The position numbers and the translations under genes were made by a program. A stretch of 64,000 nucleotides of DNA, from NCBI RefSeq assembly GCF_001194135.2, contig NC_068984.1:130474875-130538874 (forward strand), given 5' to 3'. This DNA is from Octopus bimaculoides (lineage: Eukaryota). Under the pieces are notes generated by a model that was given only the letters and a program-made list of their open reading frames with translations, ran no database searches and was not told the DNA's origin. Shown here piece after piece: positions 62,362-64,000 of this stretch. Numbering within the stretch: the first letter of the stretch is position 1; each line of letters starts with the position of its first letter.

Positions 62362-62456
62362 ATGCCACTTGTCGCCTTTGGTTTCAGTGAAGTGTCAAAT
62401 GCTAATTTGGCTTCCATGATGTCATTGAAATTGCTGTTACCCACCGCTCTTGCTAA
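62362..62456 (-). CDS. Asap: ASAP ArfGAP exon (phase 0-2, 95 nt)
   Basis: ccatttcag|TTA GCA AGA...GGC AT|gtaagt; LARAVGNSNFNDIMEAKLAFDTSLKPKATSG(M), matching ASAP1 LAKNVGNNSFNDIMEA. Confidence 0.95.
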
Positions 62457-62619
62457 CTGAAATGGAGATAGATGATCATATAAGATATGTGTGTGTATGT
62501 GTGTGTGTGTGTATGTGTGTGTGTAAAAGAAATAATTAAGATTCAGTTGAATTAGATACCTAAGTTGAGGCACCAAGTCAGTCCGGTATTATCTGCACGG
62601 CTCGAAGTAAGGTGAATAA

Positions 62620-62831
62620 AAAGCAAATAAGTAACAAGGATGTCCAGCTATTAGTGCATCATGGCCGTTTCAAGCAGCTCCATTTAATCAATCAATGCAA
62701 ACATTACATCAATTTGAAATACACCGGTGTATTTCAAATTGATGTAATGTTTGCATTGATTGATTAAATGGAGCTGCTTGAAACGGCTGTGATGCACTAA
62801 TAGCTGGACATCCTTGTTACTTATTTGCTTT
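62620..62831. repeat. 212-bp spacer-less palindrome
   Basis: 106-bp arms around the centre TACACC|GGTGTA, identical except one TG versus CA dinucleotide. Confidence 0.95.
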
Positions 62832-63041
62832 ATATATATACATATATATATATATTTTGTGTGTGTATGAATACAATATTTTAGAGAGGGAGAGAGAGAG
62901 GAGGAATCAACCTTCAACCAGCGTGTAGGACTGCTGCTTTATTTACAGTCTCTTCAAAAGGATGAAGAGCAAAGCTGACCTTATGGTATTTGAACTCAGA
63001 ATCATTATCTAACACCCATGTTCCATGTTGGCATGTGTGGG

Positions 63042-63078
<37 letters not shown>

Positions 63079-63079
63079 T

Positions 63080-63255
63080 GGCACGTAAAAGCACCCACTA
63101 CACTCTCGGAGTGGGTGGCGTTAGGAAGGGCATCCAGCTGTAGAAACTCTGCCAAATCAGATTGGAGCCTGGTGTAGCCATCTGGTTCACCAGTTCTCAG
63201 TCAAATCGTCCAACCCATGCTAGCATGGAAAGCGGACGTTAAATGATGATGATGA
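63080..63255 (+). mobile_element. SINE/LINE 3' module with (GAT)n tail (family 2)
   Basis: Intact copy of the family, usable as the reference for the telomere-substituted copy at 52040-52185. Confidence 0.75.
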
Positions 63256-63508
63256 CTAGAAGGTTTGGAGGTGATGTACAGGAATTATATATTAGAAAAA
63301 ATAATAAGGTACTCAGATATCTGGATGGTTGTACATTTACAGATTTTTATTAATATGTCACATGTTTTTATAAATTAGCGCTTGCATCTATTCTAGTAGA
63401 TTCTCCAGGTTTAATTTTTCTTGAGAAGATTTGTCTCTTTTTAAAAGAAACATTTTAATAAAAATCTGTAAATGTACAACCATCCAGATATCTGAGTACC
63501 TTATTATT

Positions 63509-63552
<44 letters not shown>

Positions 63553-63885
63553 TGTGTGTGTGTGTGTGTGTGTGTGTGTGCTTGTATCTTGTGTTTGTTC
63601 CCCACTGCACCTCTTTACAACCAATGTTGATTTGTTTATGTTCCTGTAATGAAGCAGTTTGACCAAAAGGACTGATAAAATAATTATGAGACTTTTAAAA
63701 AACAGAACATAAGCACTGGGGACAATTTGTTTAACAAACTAAAACCCTTTCAAGCAGTACCCCAACAAGGGGTGCCACCCAATGACCAAAACAAATAAAA
63801 GAAGATACAGGAAAATGCCATAGCTTGCTATAACCAATAACTTGAGGTACCTGAGAGAAATACGTGACAGCAAAGAGGTACATAC

Positions 63886-64000
63886 CAGCAGCTGGGATGT
63901 ACCAAGTTCATCTATGACAATACTTTGTGTCCTACTGATGTGGACACCAACCTCACGATGAATACCACAGCACTCCAGACAGATCAAGATACCCAAGTTG
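63886..64000 (-). CDS. Asap: ASAP ArfGAP zinc-finger exon (5'-partial, ends phase 0)
   Basis: [38 protein letters not shown]|gtatgt, closely matching ASAP1 [38 protein letters not shown] (second CxxC and catalytic Arg). Confidence 0.95.

Noticed and set aside
1-64000. tRNA, rRNA or snoRNA genes
   Set aside because: A- and B-box matches belong to SINE heads that do not fold as cloverleaves; no convincing C/D or H/ACA structure was seen by eye.

Overview
AT-rich animal genomic DNA with 8 N-gaps. The repeat landscape (tRNA-derived SINEs, (GAT)n/(TAA)n/(TA)n microsatellites) looks like an octopus genome; that is an inference from repeat families I recognise, not a database result. The window is occupied by the 3' half of one large minus-strand gene, an ASAP-family ArfGAP (BAR-PH-ArfGAP-ANK-Pro-rich-SH3). 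I traced 12 core exons with canonical, phase-compatible GT-AG sites, from the ArfGAP zinc finger (64000) to the SH3 domain (1491). One ankyrin exon is missing and probably lies in an N-gap, and the last exon lies left of the window. The Pro-rich linker appears modular: two duplicated 21-nt microexons (ERYSCE / QRYSYG) with UGC-containing acceptors, a 39/36-nt NAGNAG cassette, and a candidate exon enclosed by a 50-bp inverted repeat. The introns hold several long fold-backs (including a 212-bp spacer-less palindrome), Penelope-type relics with minimal hammerhead topology, R4/Dong LINE ends and SINEs stacked in (TAA)n tracts, a decayed Ty3/Gypsy pol, RTE fragments, MITEs, and a SINE copy whose middle is replaced by telomeric hexamers. 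Almost all ORFs in the supplied track are microsatellite, repeat or gap artefacts.
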